Notes: a model not told the origin generated them from the letters alone. Counted from the whole stretch's first letter, positions 32,779-45,649 are shown. The stretch: 59,346 nt of DNA, filler included, from 9 parts of 9 records of this genome joined end to end with filler, not necessarily neighbours in it, one strand, 5' to 3'. Numbers and translations are program-made.

Positions 32779-33367
32779 GTTCCCTCCTTTCCACTGCAAT
32801 CCGATTAATAGTTATATAAATTCAACTGGTTATCACTTGGAAGTTCTGCTTCTGAGTGAGAGCCTCAGAAACCCATGCTGAAATGGGCTCTCTCCCAAGC
32901 AATTTGATCCCCAGGATTTGTAGAAAAATGTAGAGCAAGCACAAAATATTGAGCTTCCTCTTAGAAGATAGATGTACAGGGCCACCCATATCTGGATCTC
33001 ATTACGGCATGGACTTGATATCCCGTAATGAGATCCGGATCGGCCTGACGGTTATCCTGCGGGTAGGCAATTGAATTTTTTCAGTAAATGTTGGGATACT
33101 TCGGCTGGACAGCAGTGGAATAAAGTATGTTTTAATAATAGAACGCAAAGATTGTGATTCAAGCCTCGCAATGGTTGTGTTTTTCAAATCAGACTTAAGT
33201 TCAAAAAACAAGAGAACCTTAGTTCAAACCTGAATCAGAGAGATGCCTCGAAGATAGGGGACTTGCGGTTGACCTGATAATATTTTGGATTGTCGAGTAT
33301 ATTGGCGTGCAAGAGGCGACAGATGACAGGTTGTCCAACTCACGGGAAGTTGGCTAACCCGTTATAT

Positions 33368-33430
33368 TCAGGAGGCTTTGTCCACCACCAGCCAGCCCGG
33401 TCCCAAAGCGATGATTTTCAATTCAGACAT
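33368..33430 (-). pseudogene. Truncated 5' remnant of the rluA-family gene
   Basis: MSELKIIALGPGWLVVDKAS-stop; 33373-33415 matches 30632-30674 at 40 of 43 nt. Confidence 0.75.
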
Positions 33431-33436
33431 TCTATT

Positions 33437-34887
33437 TTATTCACAGATGGGACAGGATCGATCGTGATCGGGAGGGAGTTGCGGAGGCCGACTCGGGAAG
33501 ACTATCCGAAAACAGGTCCCCTTGCCAACCTCGCTTTCGACCTGAATCTTGAGGCCATGGGTTTCGGCAACCTTCTGGACAATGGCGAGGCCGATCCCCG
33601 TCGAGGTACTGTTGTGCTTGAAAGCCTCCTCGGTGTGGTAGTACTCCTCGAAGATCTTCGGGAGTTTTTCGGTCGGGATGCCTATACCCTGGTCACGCAC
33701 CTCGAAGAAAACTTTGCCGGTCTCTTCGTCCCGGCCCCCGAGCACGCGTACCTCGCCTTCTTCGAATGAGTAAGTAATGGCATTGGAAAGCAGGTTGTGA
33801 ATCAGGAGGTCGATCTGCAACGGGACGCCCTGGATGTGCAGTTCAGCGACATCCAATTCGACGCGCACGCGCCGTTTATCGGCCATCTGCTGCAAATCGA
33901 CCGCAGCGGCCCGGATCCGCGCACCGAGATCCACATCCACCGGTTCGAGAGGACCCCGGCCGCCTTTTGCAGGTTGTAAAGCCGAAGCACATCCAGAATC
34001 AGCTCACCTAAACCGTCCGCCTGTTTATCGACTTCCAGCAACCGTTTGCGGATATCATCCGATACCGGTTCGACATAACCCTCGGTAATCAACATCATGA
34101 TGCTGCGCATGGCATCCAACGGCGCCTTGAGCTGGTGGGTCATCTGTACGGCGTACTTGTCCCGGTCTTCCTGAAGGCGAAGAACCTTTTTCGCGGTCTG
34201 CACAACGCTACGTTCGTGCTCCCTCAGCCGAACCGACATGCGGGAGACGATGTACCACAGCGCCAGCATCATCAAGGCATATCCCGCACTCTTGGTAACA
34301 ATCGACCAACCTGACATCTCCAGACGAGCTTCCATCTGCCAGGACAGCATCAGAGCCGCGGGCTCCACCCAACCGGCAAGTTGGGCATAGATGCATAGGA
34401 AATAGGAGACCAGAGCCACAAGCAGGACGACAAAACTCGCCCACAGATCGAAAAAGATGCACGCCAGGGCGATGTGCAGAAAGTAAAGCGAGGGAGCGAA
34501 ACTGAACACACCCAGAAAATGGATCACGACGCCGAGACAGGCCATGTCCAGGATGATCTGCACCCAGAGGTTTGCCTCCAGGCTCAGCGAACGCTCGGGC
34601 CGCCGCACGGCGAGGGCAACAAAAGCGTTGCCCAGCACCAGCACCGCGGTGATGGCGATCGGCCAGATTTTTCCGGGAACGACCCCGAGCGCCTGCAGTT
34701 GACTTTCGGCCAGGTGGGAAAGAAGGCCGAAGCTTAGAAGTGAGAAAACAACCAGCCAGCGCATGCGGATGAACCAGCTGGCTTTCTCACGCAGCACGCC
34801 GAGGGGAAAGGTCCGCCGGGCTCCTGTTTCGTGGCCCGATGGGAGGTGCCCCTCCAGCTCATCGGGTTCAAGAGTATACGAATTCAT
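33437..34887 (-). CDS. Membrane sensor histidine kinase, frameshift near 33945
   Basis: Multiple TM helices, THQLKAPL H-box, NLLSNAITYS, DQGIGIP, TGIGLAIV, GKGTCF. Confidence 0.88.
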
Positions 34888-34980
34888 ATGGGATCGTTAC
34901 CGGAACCGGGATCGCCCAGGATTTTCATCATCGAAATATTGTGTCATTTTCTATTGCGATACCGATTCTGACGGGAACGC

Positions 34981-35340
34981 CTACCCCAACATCTTGTTGA
35001 CGAGGGGCAGCAGGGTTTCCGGTTTCACAGGTTTTTGCAGAATCTGCCCGGATTGCAGACGACCAGCAAAGATCTGCTGCACTTCTTCCCCAAGAGAGGT
35101 CAAAAAGATACAGGGCAGACCGGGGTGGACATTCTGAATCTTTTCATTGACCTCCAGGCCGGAATCCATGCTCTCCATCATGATATCCAGGATGGCCAGG
35201 TCAGGCTTCACCTCGGCCAGGGCGTCGATTGCCGCGGCGGCCGTTTCGTAACTGACAACCTCGTGTCCTTCTTTTTCCAGAACCAGTTTCACGGATTCCC
35301 GAATAGCAGCATTGTCTTCAACGTGCATAATTTTGGACAT
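34981..35340 (-). CDS. Single-domain response regulator receiver
   Basis: VEDN, DLAILDIMM, FLTS, QKP; GGAGG RBS before ATG 35340. Confidence 0.9.
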   Translation of the reverse strand: MSKIMHVEDNAAIRESVKLVLEKEGHEVVSYETAAAAIDALAEVKPDLAILDIMMESMDSGLEVNEKIQNVHPGLPCIFLTSLGEEVQQIFAGRLQSGQILQKPVKPETLLPLVNKMLG

Positions 35341-35577
35341 CGTACCCTCCTTTTTAAAATGGTGTTCTACTGAATCAAACAGCCCTTTTTTATAAGTTAT
35401 CCTAAAAAAACACGATGTCAAAAAAAACCCGATATTTTTTATAAGGTTTCTCAGGGCACACCAGAAAAATTTCCGGGNNNNNNNNNNNNNNNNNNNNNNN
35501 NNNNNNNNNNNNNNNNNNNNNTTAATTAATTAANNNNNNNNNNNNNNNNNNNNNNNNNNNNNNNNNNNNNNNNNNNN

Positions 35578-35629
35578 GGAAAATCATCAGAGTTCTTAAA
35601 TGGTCGAGAAAATAAATTCGTGTTTTCAT
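35578..35629 (-). CDS. Acyltransferase-3 family protein, N-terminal fragment
   Basis: MKTRIYFLDHLRTLMIF (R-x-x-x-LD-x-LR motif); cut by spacer. Confidence 0.6.
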
Positions 35630-35750
35630 TTTAGTTAATTTATTGTTGGAAGACCGAAAAACGGTAGCCAAATTTTGTTGATGTAAAGGTCGGACGAACG
35701 ATGATGCAGGTACAATAAGCAATGCAGCGATGTATGTAAAGTTTGCTTTG

Positions 35751-35790
35751 GGCATATAAAATATGACGCAGGCATATAAATTATGATGCA
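35751..35790. promoter_or_regulatory. 20-bp tandem direct repeat, probable AraC-type operator
   Basis: GGCATATAAAATATGACGCA / GGCATATAAATTATGATGCA (18/20); related ATGATGCAGG at 35701; TATTTTTG -7 box at 35832-35839. Confidence 0.65.
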
Positions 35791-35861
35791 ATCCACATAT
35801 TTTCTTTAATTTTTCAATGAAAAAATTATCGTATTTTTGGGTTTATAAACAGAAATAAATC

Positions 35862-37912
35862 ATGCCTGATTCAGGAGCGGCCGGAAGCGAATTTATCCAA
35901 CAAGTAACCCAGATTATTGAAGACAATCTTTCGAGCGAACAGTTTGGAGTATCGGAATTGGCAGATACAATTGGGATGAGTCGTTCGAACCTGCTTCGAA
36001 AAATAAAAAAGGAAACCGACCTCTCAGCCAGCCAGTTTATTCGCGAAATTCGCTTAAAGCACGCTGTAGAATATTTACAGGATGGTTCGTACTCCGTTTC
36101 GGAGATTGCCTACAAAGTTGGTTTTGGCAGCCCCTCCTACTTTATTAAATGCTTTCGCGAATTGTATGGATATTCTCCGGGAGAAATGGAAAATCAGATT
36201 AAAACCAAAACATCAACATCTTCTAAAACTCCCAAAAGAAAATTCCTGTTGTACTCGTTTCAATCCTGATAACTGCAATTATTGCAAGTATTCTTTTCAT
36301 AAAATTCAGACCGCAAATATCGCAACCGGATAAAACAAAATCAATTGCTGTTTTGCCTTTTATAAACGACAGTAACGATTCTACCAATCTGTACATTATA
36401 AACGGATTAATGGAGGCCACGCTAAATAACCTTCAGCAAATAAACGACCTGCGTGTTATTAGCCGAACGTCTGTAGAGCAATACAGAAATAATCCAAAAT
36501 CGAGTACAGAAATTGCCGGCGAATTAAATGCAACATACATAGTAGAAGGCAGCGGGCAAAAAATTGAAGATCAGATTTTGCTAAATATACAGTTAATTGA
36601 AGCGGAAAGCGATAAACATTTATGGAGCCAGCAATACAGGCGCGAAACCAAAGACATTTTCGAATTGCAGGCAGAAATTGCCAAAAGCATTGCCGAACAA
36701 ATAAAAGCCATTGTTACGCCCGAAGAAACGGAACGCATTGAAAAAGCTCCAACCAACAACCTTATTGCTTACGATTTATTTTTGAAAGGATTAAACCTGC
36801 TTAATAATCCAGAACAGAAAAACCTGGAAAAGACAGTGCCAATTTTAAAAGAAGCCATTAAGCACGATAATAAATTTGCCCGGGCATACGCAGGAATTGC
36901 CATTTCGTATTATTTGCAAGACGAGATAAAAACAAACAAACAGTACTCCGATTCAATAAATTATTATGCCGACCAGGCTATGTTTTACGACTCGCAGTTG
37001 CCGCAAAGTTTAATTGCAAAGGCACTTTTTTACATGGCGCACCACGAGTACGAACTTGCCATTCCGTATTTCGAAAAAGCGCTTGAGCTAAATCCGAATT
37101 CTGAAGTGGCACTCATTTTTCTTGTTGATTTATATGTTAATCACCTCCCAAATACAGAGAAGTACCTCGAATATGCTTTAAAGGGAATAAGAATAGATTT
37201 AGTTGCTGCCTACGATTCGGCAACAGCCAGTTACAGCTACCTGCATATGAGCAATGCCTTTATACAATCGGGTTTTATAGATGAAGCCGAAGAATACGTA
37301 AATAAATCGCTCGATTATTTACCCGAAAATCTTTATTCTCAGTATGTAAAGGCCTATATTCTTTTCGCCAGAAATAGTGACCTGGAACAATTAAAAGAAT
37401 CGTTACTGGCTACTTTAAAAAAAGATACAACCCGTTTAGATGTCCTTCAGGAAGTTGGGAAAGTGTACTATTTCCTTGGCAATTATAAAACATCTGCTGA
37501 ATATTATAAGAAGTTTACTGAAATAAAAGACATGTATAACCTGGATATTTACAATGCTGAAAACAGTAAAATTGGTGTTGTTTTCGACAAGGTTGGTGAA
37601 AAAACACTGGCAGACAGGTATCTTAACGAATTCAGGCAATATGCACACGAAGATATTTCCATTTATAAAAACTTAAACCTGGCACTCTACAATTCGTACA
37701 TTGGCAAAACGGAAAAAGCAATTGAATATTTACGATTGTTTTCAGAAGAAAAAAACTTCCATTATTGGACACTGCTTCTTTCTTTAGATCCTTTAGCCGA
37801 TAACATGAAAAAGCATCCTGATTTTGATAAAATCTATAAAGACATTGAAGATAACTTCGAAAAGTACCACAAGAGAGTGAAACGGGGGTTAATAGAAAAA
37901 GGACTGATTTAG
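35862..37912 (+). CDS. Membrane-anchored AraC regulator with TolB-like and TPR domains, frameshift near 36260
   Basis: N-terminal AraC HTH (VGFGSPSYFIKCF), TM segment, SIAVLPF, LRVISRTS, HLWSQQY, TPR repeats. Confidence 0.85.
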
Positions 37913-37915
37913 AGC

Positions 37916-40378
37916 CTAAAAACTCATCTCAGCTCTGAAACGAATTCCGCTGTTATCGGTAAAACTGCGGTTCATATATTCGCTACCCAATTGGTGAACA
38001 TATTCAACCCGTAACACTTTAAAAATGTTTGTTATTCCCACACCAATCTCGGCATACGGGCTTGTTAAATCTTGCGAAAATGCATCGGGCAAATCAAAAA
38101 TTGGTTTATACGAATCGGTTCTGTCGCCGTAATGACCTTTTAACGAAACCATTTCGCGAAGTTTCAAACGCTTAACTAACGGCAGGCGATTAAGAATAAT
38201 TCCGCCCCCTACCCAATCGAGATGAACGTTTGTATAAACATTGTGTGCAAAAGCAGCTTGATGTAAAAGATTAAAACGATACTTGGCAAATCCGAGCGAC
38301 ATTGAACCAACAGGCATATCGAGCAAATCGTAAGGCGCATCGCCAAATAAATAGCCACCGTTTACCATGTAACGCATAAAAGTTTGACCAATGTTTATCT
38401 TACCCACAATTGAACCATGCAAATGCGAGTACATTCCAAAATCGGGCGCTGCACTATTCGATAAATAAGTACGTCCGATATCCCAACTTAGATTAATTAC
38501 AGGTATTTGGTCGATATAATACACACGCGAGAAATAGTATTTGTCGTAGTATTGCCCAAATGCCAATCGCACATTAAACTGCATCCCGTAATTTGAATAA
38601 TGAGGATAATCAATACCGTTATTAACAAACTTAATATCGGGCGTACTTTTTATTGAATTAAAATATCCGCCTGCTTCAAAACACACATTTTCATCGGCAT
38701 TGTATTCCAGCCTCAAATCAAATTTTTTCTCTTGTTTTAAATACGGATTTTCTTCGCGCGAAGTAAGAGCCGCAATAAAGTTTCCGTTACCTCGGGTGTT
38801 CGGATTCTTTTTAATATAGCGCAGATATTTATCTTGCGAAATCAGGTTGTAGTCGTCGGAATAATCGGCTCGCAAAATAAACTTATCGTCATCGCGAAGT
38901 TGCCAGCCGGCATTCATTCCGTATTTTATTTCCTTATTTCGTGTTCCGAAACCAAGAAATCCACCAACGGTAAAACGCTCCCACATTTTTTCACCGGTTC
39001 GCAAAGGAATGGTAAAACGCTGCCCTTCAATGGAGTTTGTACTGTAAATATCGAACACCGGTCCCACTTCAATTTTCCCCAAATCGACGTAACTGGTAAG
39101 CACCATTCCTCCAATGGCATCAATACCTTTAACAACGCTATTATCCTTTAACTTATCAACACGTTCGTAAGTTCCATCAGACATTAACGAAGTGGCAAAC
39201 TCGGGCTGCGTTTTCCAATTGCGCCCTTTTACTTCATTTAAACGCGATGATGTTGAATATTGGGTTGTTTTATTGACCATCCAGTTTCCGCTTGCAACCT
39301 GGTCAATTCTCTGCGAGTCGTATTTCGAAACGGTATCTTTATTTAACACCAGCGCCAGGTTCAGGCTAATTTCCTGCTCGTCGTAAAACCAGCTGTCATC
39401 TTGCGTTTTTCGGTAGGTTACATTCGATTTGTAACCATTTACAAAATTAATGTTGGCTTCTTCCTGCACATAAGCATAAATACTTGTAAGCGCAAAATTA
39501 TCGCCTTCAACCGTAAAACGCCCGGTAAATAAGGCATTGTATTTATTTTTAGGAGTAAAAGAAAAACTGTAATGCCATGTGCTGTCAACTTTCGTACTGT
39601 CATTCAAATAAAAATCGTAATTCATACGCGCCGAGTTGCTTAAAGGCGAAGTAATACCCCGCCCCAGAATATTTATTTGATCTTTATAAAAATCGAGATC
39701 GATAACCACATTCAGTAAAATAAGACTTTCAATGGTCTGGTTTAACTTCGGAAAAATTCCATCTTTTTTATTGTAAACAACACTGTCTTTTCGGTCTTCG
39801 GTTAAAGTTCCCAACTCTGCCAGGTAGATTGGAGAAAAACGCATATCCTGTCCATCTTTTTTCATGGTAACCTCGTTCAGGTTCGGGATAATACGATTTA
39901 CACGCGAAGTAGAATCTAAAGCAACATAAACCGATGTACGTGCAAAAGTTTTATAATCGGCGTAGTCAAGAATTTTTTCACGATTTTCTTTTTTGTGCTT
40001 CATTATTTCGCGAAACAAAACTTTGGCCCGCGATTCTTCCGGTTTTACAGTTACTTCGGCAATTTTAAGCACCTCGGGTTTCAGCTTAATTTCCAGCGGA
40101 TTTTTAATCCCTTTTGTAACAACAAGCTGTTGTTTATTATATCCCACTGCTGAAAAGCTAATGGTATCGCCCAATACAGCCGACAGAATAAAATGGCCGT
40201 CAATACCGGTCATTGTTCCTCGTGTTGTACCTTTAATCCAAACATTTACAAAAGGAATGGCATCTTGCGAATCTTTATCGCGCACAAAACCTGTAACCTC
40301 CGAAGTTTTATCATCGTCGGCAAAAACAGGTTCGGCAAACGCCAATATCAGAATTATTAATAGAAATCTAGTTTTCAT
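37916..40378 (-). CDS. CarboxypepD_reg-like + DUF5686 outer-membrane protein
   Basis: Signal peptide, VTGFVRD...IPFVNV...GTMT...FSAVGY, NSIEGQR, PYAEIGVGITNIFKVLRVE, C-terminal Phe. Confidence 0.85.
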   Translation of the reverse strand: MKTRFLLIILILAFAEPVFADDDKTSEVTGFVRDKDSQDAIPFVNVWIKGTTRGTMTGIDGHFILSAVLGDTISFSAVGYNKQQLVVTKGIKNPLEIKLKPEVLKIAEVTVKPEESRAKVLFREIMKHKKENREKILDYADYKTFARTSVYVALDSTSRVNRIIPNLNEVTMKKDGQDMRFSPIYLAELGTLTEDRKDSVVYNKKDGIFPKLNQTIESLILLNVVIDLDFYKDQINILGRGITSPLSNSARMNYDFYLNDSTKVDSTWHYSFSFTPKNKYNALFTGRFTVEGDNFALTSIYAYVQEEANINFVNGYKSNVTYRKTQDDSWFYDEQEISLNLALVLNKDTVSKYDSQRIDQVASGNWMVNKTTQYSTSSRLNEVKGRNWKTQPEFATSLMSDGTYERVDKLKDNSVVKGIDAIGGMVLTSYVDLGKIEVGPVFDIYSTNSIEGQRFTIPLRTGEKMWERFTVGGFLGFGTRNKEIKYGMNAGWQLRDDDKFILRADYSDDYNLISQDKYLRYIKKNPNTRGNGNFIAALTSREENPYLKQEKKFDLRLEYNADENVCFEAGGYFNSIKSTPDIKFVNNGIDYPHYSNYGMQFNVRLAFGQYYDKYYFSRVYYIDQIPVINLSWDIGRTYLSNSAAPDFGMYSHLHGSIVGKINIGQTFMRYMVNGGYLFGDAPYDLLDMPVGSMSLGFAKYRFNLLHQAAFAHNVYTNVHLDWVGGGIILNRLPLVKRLKLREMVSLKGHYGDRTDSYKPIFDLPDAFSQDLTSPYAEIGVGITNIFKVLRVEYVHQLGSEYMNRSFTDNSGIRFRAEMSF

Positions 40379-40708
40379 AAATAAGTGTTCTGCTACACTC
40401 TAAATCATAGCAGGAATTAAAAACTTCCTCTAAGATAAAGAGTAAACATCATATAATTTTCGTTTTCAATACTATATGTTGTTTATCTGTTGCAGATAAT
40501 TGTTTTCATGGCAAGAATACATATAATATTATTCTGCAAAAGTAACGCGCATCACACTATAGATGGTGGAAAAGCTTAGAATTACAAAATATTTTTAACA
40601 ATATTTAAGAAATGGATACTTGATGCTGGATACTTGACTCGTGGTTCGCAGCTAATATTGTGATTCGTTGTTTGAGATTTGCATGTCCGTTATTGGTTAT
40701 ATGGGAGC

Positions 40709-40733
40709 GTCACCCTGAATTTATTTCAGGGTC
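40709..40733. repeat. REP-like palindrome at contig end
   Basis: GTC-ACCCTGAA-TTTAT-TTCAGGGT-C; the assembly breaks here, as expected for a multicopy element. Confidence 0.55.
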
Positions 40734-40833
40734 NNNNNNNNNNNNNNNNNNNNNNNNNNNNNNNNNNNNNNNNNNNNTTAATTAATTAANNNNNNNNNNN
40801 NNNNNNNNNNNNNNNNNNNNNNNNNNNNNNNNN

Positions 40834-43800
40834 AAAAATCTGAACCTGTGAACGGAAAACCTCTTTATTTATATGCAGGTAAAATTTATCCAATTTATAT
40901 TGAGTTCTTTGAAAACAAGTTGGATGATGCTTCATTTGTTTTAACCATGGATTTTGAGTCGGGTGATCCTATAAATGATCAACCGGGTTTAGACTTTGAA
41001 AATAGAGTGGTTCCAGCAAGTTATCTTTATCCTTATGCAGTGGGTAGTGAGCCTGAACCTGAATTATTTAGAGATCCTGTGGTAATTGAGACAGCTACAT
41101 TCGCTGGATTTGATGTTACAGCAACAGGAACAGGACCAGCAGATGAAGATATCCTAGTTTCTCTCGATGGAGATTCTGCTACAATTACGGTTGCAAGTGA
41201 TGGTACATGGACACATGTATTTGAAAATGTTGAACCAACTGTAGGCGTTTTAGATAACTCCACTGAACCTGTGGAAACAAGAACTGAAAAAGTAAGAGCA
41301 GTAGATACAAAAGATCCTTTAAACAAGGATAAGATGGATGTTGAAATACCTGAAAAATGGTTAGAGATATCAAGTCCTAATGCAGACTTCTACATTGGTG
41401 GCTTTACAGTAACCATTATTGGTCATTTTATCGAGATGGTAGATATTGAAGTCGATAACGCATCACATTCAGACGATGTGGATATGACCAGTGGTGAGAC
41501 TACTATAGACTTAAATGTAGATGACCCTGTAGGCGATAGAGATGTCGATGTATTAGAAGATGGCCTTGGCAGTTTTGGTGCCAGTAAAACATTCTATAGA
41601 CGTGATGATGTGAAGATTAAAAATAATGATAATTATCCTGAAGAAACAGATAGAGATGATTTTTCATTTAAAGTTTTAGCACATTCTGAAGCGACTTTAG
41701 ATATTACAGGTAGTGATTTCACTGTTGACACGACACCTTTCGATGTCGGTGTAAATGGCAAAGGCTATTTTGATATTGATGTAACAAAAATGGCAGACGG
41801 TATGATTACAGTGACTGCTACAGATCAGTATGAATACAACGGCTTACAAAGAAGTGATTCATTAACATTTGCCTTTGATTATATTATTCCAATTATAATC
41901 ACAGATCCAATCAATTACTTGATTCAAGGTGAGACTTATGCCCTTGAAGGTGACGGTGAAAGTGGTGGAGAAGTAGATGTTACAAGCAATGGATTATTGG
42001 CCTATTCTGAACTAGAACTAGCTGTGGCGGGTGGTACTTGGATGACGTCACCTATAAATGCAGCTGACGTTGAAACTATAACTTTCACAGCAGTTCAAAA
42101 GGTTACAAGAGATCCATTTGGGCCTCAAACGGATGTGACGTATGAAGATACAGATACACACGATGTTGAAATAAGGGCTCAAGTTGAGATTACAACACCT
42201 TTAGATGGTGCCTATATTGTAGACCCTTTCTTTGATATTGAAGGAGAAGGCACAGCAAACAGTAAAGTAAAAGTATTCGTATTCAATGGTGATGACAGAA
42301 CTTCTGGATTGAGAAGAGTTTTGGATACGGATGATGATGGCGATTGGATTTTAGAAGATGTTGATGTGAGTCAATTCTCTGATCCAAATATTAATATTTT
42401 AGTGATTGATAAGCCAGATGGCTTGTTTGAAAGAAACAGAGACCAAATAGAAGTAGAATTACCATCCTTGACACTTGAAAATCCAATGGATGGCGATACT
42501 GTTATAGATGGAACTGTGACAGTTGACGGTACAGTAACGGGTAATGGAACTGTTGTCGTGACAGTTGAAGCCTTAGACTATGATGTATTTGATCCATATT
42601 ATGCATCATATGAGCACCACAAAGTAGAATTAACTGTTGGTGACGGTATTGATGATACACTTGATAAATGGTCTTTAGATGTAGATTTTAGCCTATTAAA
42701 AGGCAATGACTTTAAAATTCATGTGGACAATGGCTTAACTGGTACAAATCCACTGTATCAAGAAGATGAAGCAACGGTTAAAAGACAATGGAAACCAATT
42801 GTTATAGAAGCCATTGATGATTTCTCTTACGGTGTAGATGGCGCGGTTACCATTAGTGGTACAGGTGAAAGATCTGAAAATATGATTCTTAGATTCACGG
42901 GTATTTCAGATTCAGATACATTGCTTGTTCCTGTAGACAATGGTACTTTAAATGAAGGCGATTGGTCATATGAAATGAGCTATTTTGCTCCTACTGACTA
43001 TGATGTAGAAGTAACGGCTGAATATGAAGAAGAGCCAAAACAACTTGAATCAGAAGAATTTATTATGAACTATGTGGATCCAATTGAAGCAACTGCAGGA
43101 TCAAGAGTTGAAGCAGCACCATCGCTTTATGAAAAATTCTTAGACATTAATGGTAGTGCTGAAGATGGATTTACAGTTGAGGCACTTCAAGTCTTCCCAA
43201 CGGGAGAAACAAGTCCTAAGATGACTTTAAGTGGTGATACAGAAGGTTTTGCAGACCCAAGTTTTGATATCAATGATTTAGATATCTCTAAATTACCATC
43301 GGGCTTATATGAAGTTTCCCTTGATTACGTCGACTATGATCCAGCGGCAGTTGAGCCAATGGACAGATTGACAAAAGCAGAATTCTTTGTAGGTAGATAC
43401 CCAGTAATGGTTAAAAATGCATCCTATGATACTGAAGAAGGGGCATTTAAGTTTAGAGTTAAAGGCGATCCTGAAGCAGAGATGAACATTGAAATATTCT
43501 TCACAGCACCTGGTGGTTCTGAAGAAAAAGTTTATCCAGAGTCTGGCAGTCACCAACAAGTGATGGACCAGAGCGCTAAAAAGAATAAACATGATTTTAC
43601 AATCCCATTTGTTCCGTGGCTTGTAGGAGATTACAGAATAGTAGCAACAGATCTTGGAACACCAAATGACAATGATTCTGAACTCTATTGGGATGATATT
43701 GTTGTCACTAAAGAAGTTAAAGATCCTGTTGTAATCGAAAATCCTGTTAACCTACAGAGAGTAGGAGATACAGAAATGGTTAGCGGTACATCAGAACCGT

Positions 43801-45635
43801 TGAGACCTGTTAAATTGTATTATAAAACTGAACAAGAACTAGTATCGGGTGAAGAAATGGCTGAAACTGTAGCTTCTACAGTTGTATGGTTACCTTTATT
43901 TACAGAAAGCCAACCAGCAGTTCAAGCCGAAGCCTTAGCAAATGATTATGGTCAATGGTCCGTTTCAGATGTGACCTTACCACTAAATCCATTTAATAAT
44001 GGAGATGAAATCATCATAAGAGCAGTTGATGATGAGGGTGATGTGGATGTATTAGATGAAGATAGTGATTTAGGCGTCGATGAAGTAGGCGTTTATAAGT
44101 CGGTATTGTTTATCACATCGCCAGATAATGGTACGATTGTTGACTACAGTGTTGTCGTAACGGGTGAAATGGAGCCTGGCAGTAACGTTCAATTATCAGT
44201 TGAAGGCGGTCCAGCATTTACCGTTAATGCAGGTGGACTCCTTGCTGATTCTATGGAACCAAATGACACATGGAGTTTTGACTTCCCACTTGAATCACTT
44301 GATGATGGCGAAATTCAAATTAAAGCTCAAGATTTAAATAACCCAATGCAGCAAGACTGGGTTACAGTTAACAAGTATACAGATGTAACGGTTACATCAC
44401 CAGTGGATCAAAGTGTTGTTACTAGATCATTTACTTTGACGGGAACATCAAGAGCGATCCCAAGTGGTGAAGATGAGTTGACATTTATGATTGATGGCGT
44501 TTCATATCCTAATGCAGGCCTAATCAGAACTGATGGGGTCAATTGGGAACTTGAAGTATATTATGATGGTTTAGTTAATGGACCAATCCAAGTAGTCGTA
44601 ACTGATCCTATGTATCCTGAAAAGTCAGATAGCAAAGAATATCACTTTATCGGTTATGTAGACATCCAGATTCCAGTTGATGGGTCAACAGTATCCTCTA
44701 ACTCTATGTTAGTAAGTGGTATTGCTGTACCAAATCATTTCTTAACTGTAACTGTTGAGGGCACTGGCACAACATTGACATATGATTCTGTTGTGGTATC
44801 TGAGTCCGGACAATGGAGCCTTGGAACAATCAGTATCAGTGGCTTTAGTAATGGTGGTCTTGTGATCACAGCGACAGATGATGAAATGTACTATCCAAGT
44901 GAAGAGACTCAGGATATGAGTTACTATTCTCAAGATGTTCATAACGTTACAAAGTCTGTGACAACAACAACGACAACTACAAGTCGTCGAACAACAACTA
45001 CAACTACAACTGAAGAAACTGTATTGATTGAAGACGATGTAACACCTTTAGGAGCAGTTGAATTCCTAGAGCCTTACATCAAAGGTTTTCCAGATGGAAT
45101 GTTTAAAGCAACAAATGGCTTAACAAGAGCACAAACAGCAGCAATCTTTGCAAGAATTCTCGACTTGAATTTGGAAACACCAAGATTTAATGGTTATTCA
45201 GATTTAATGACAACTGAATGGTCTTACGATTATGTATTATCAGCAACAGATGCAGGTTTATTCTCTGGCTATGATGATGGTACATTTAGAGGCAATGAAT
45301 TTGTAACGCGTGGAGAACTTGCTGACATTATTACAAACTACTGGGCTTACTTGGGCACAGAAGTTGATACAGCAGATGCTGGCCTTACTGATATAGCAAG
45401 TCACTGGGCTAAAGATAGTATCAACCAACTCTTCAATGCAGGCGTCATCAATTCATTTGATGGAACAACTTACAGTCCTGATGAAGATACAAGTAGAGAA
45501 GATGCGGTTGTTATGATCAATCGTCTCATCGCTAGACCAGGGTATGATGCTGAAGACTCAACCTTCCCAGACATTACAAAACACAGAAAAACATTTGGGG
45601 ATATTGAAGCAGCTTCAAGATACTATCAAAAGTAA
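40834..45635 (+). CDS. Large SLH-anchored surface protein with PA14-like segment and Ig-like repeats, 5'-truncated
   Basis: N-terminal YPIYIEFFE...VVPASYLY; repeated I.I..P..G......G..(E)P units; Thr-rich linker; three SLH-like motifs (IKGFPDGMF..LTRAQ, GYDDGTF..VTRGE, TSRED). Confidence 0.85.
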
Positions 45636-45649
45636 GATGATTTAGTATT

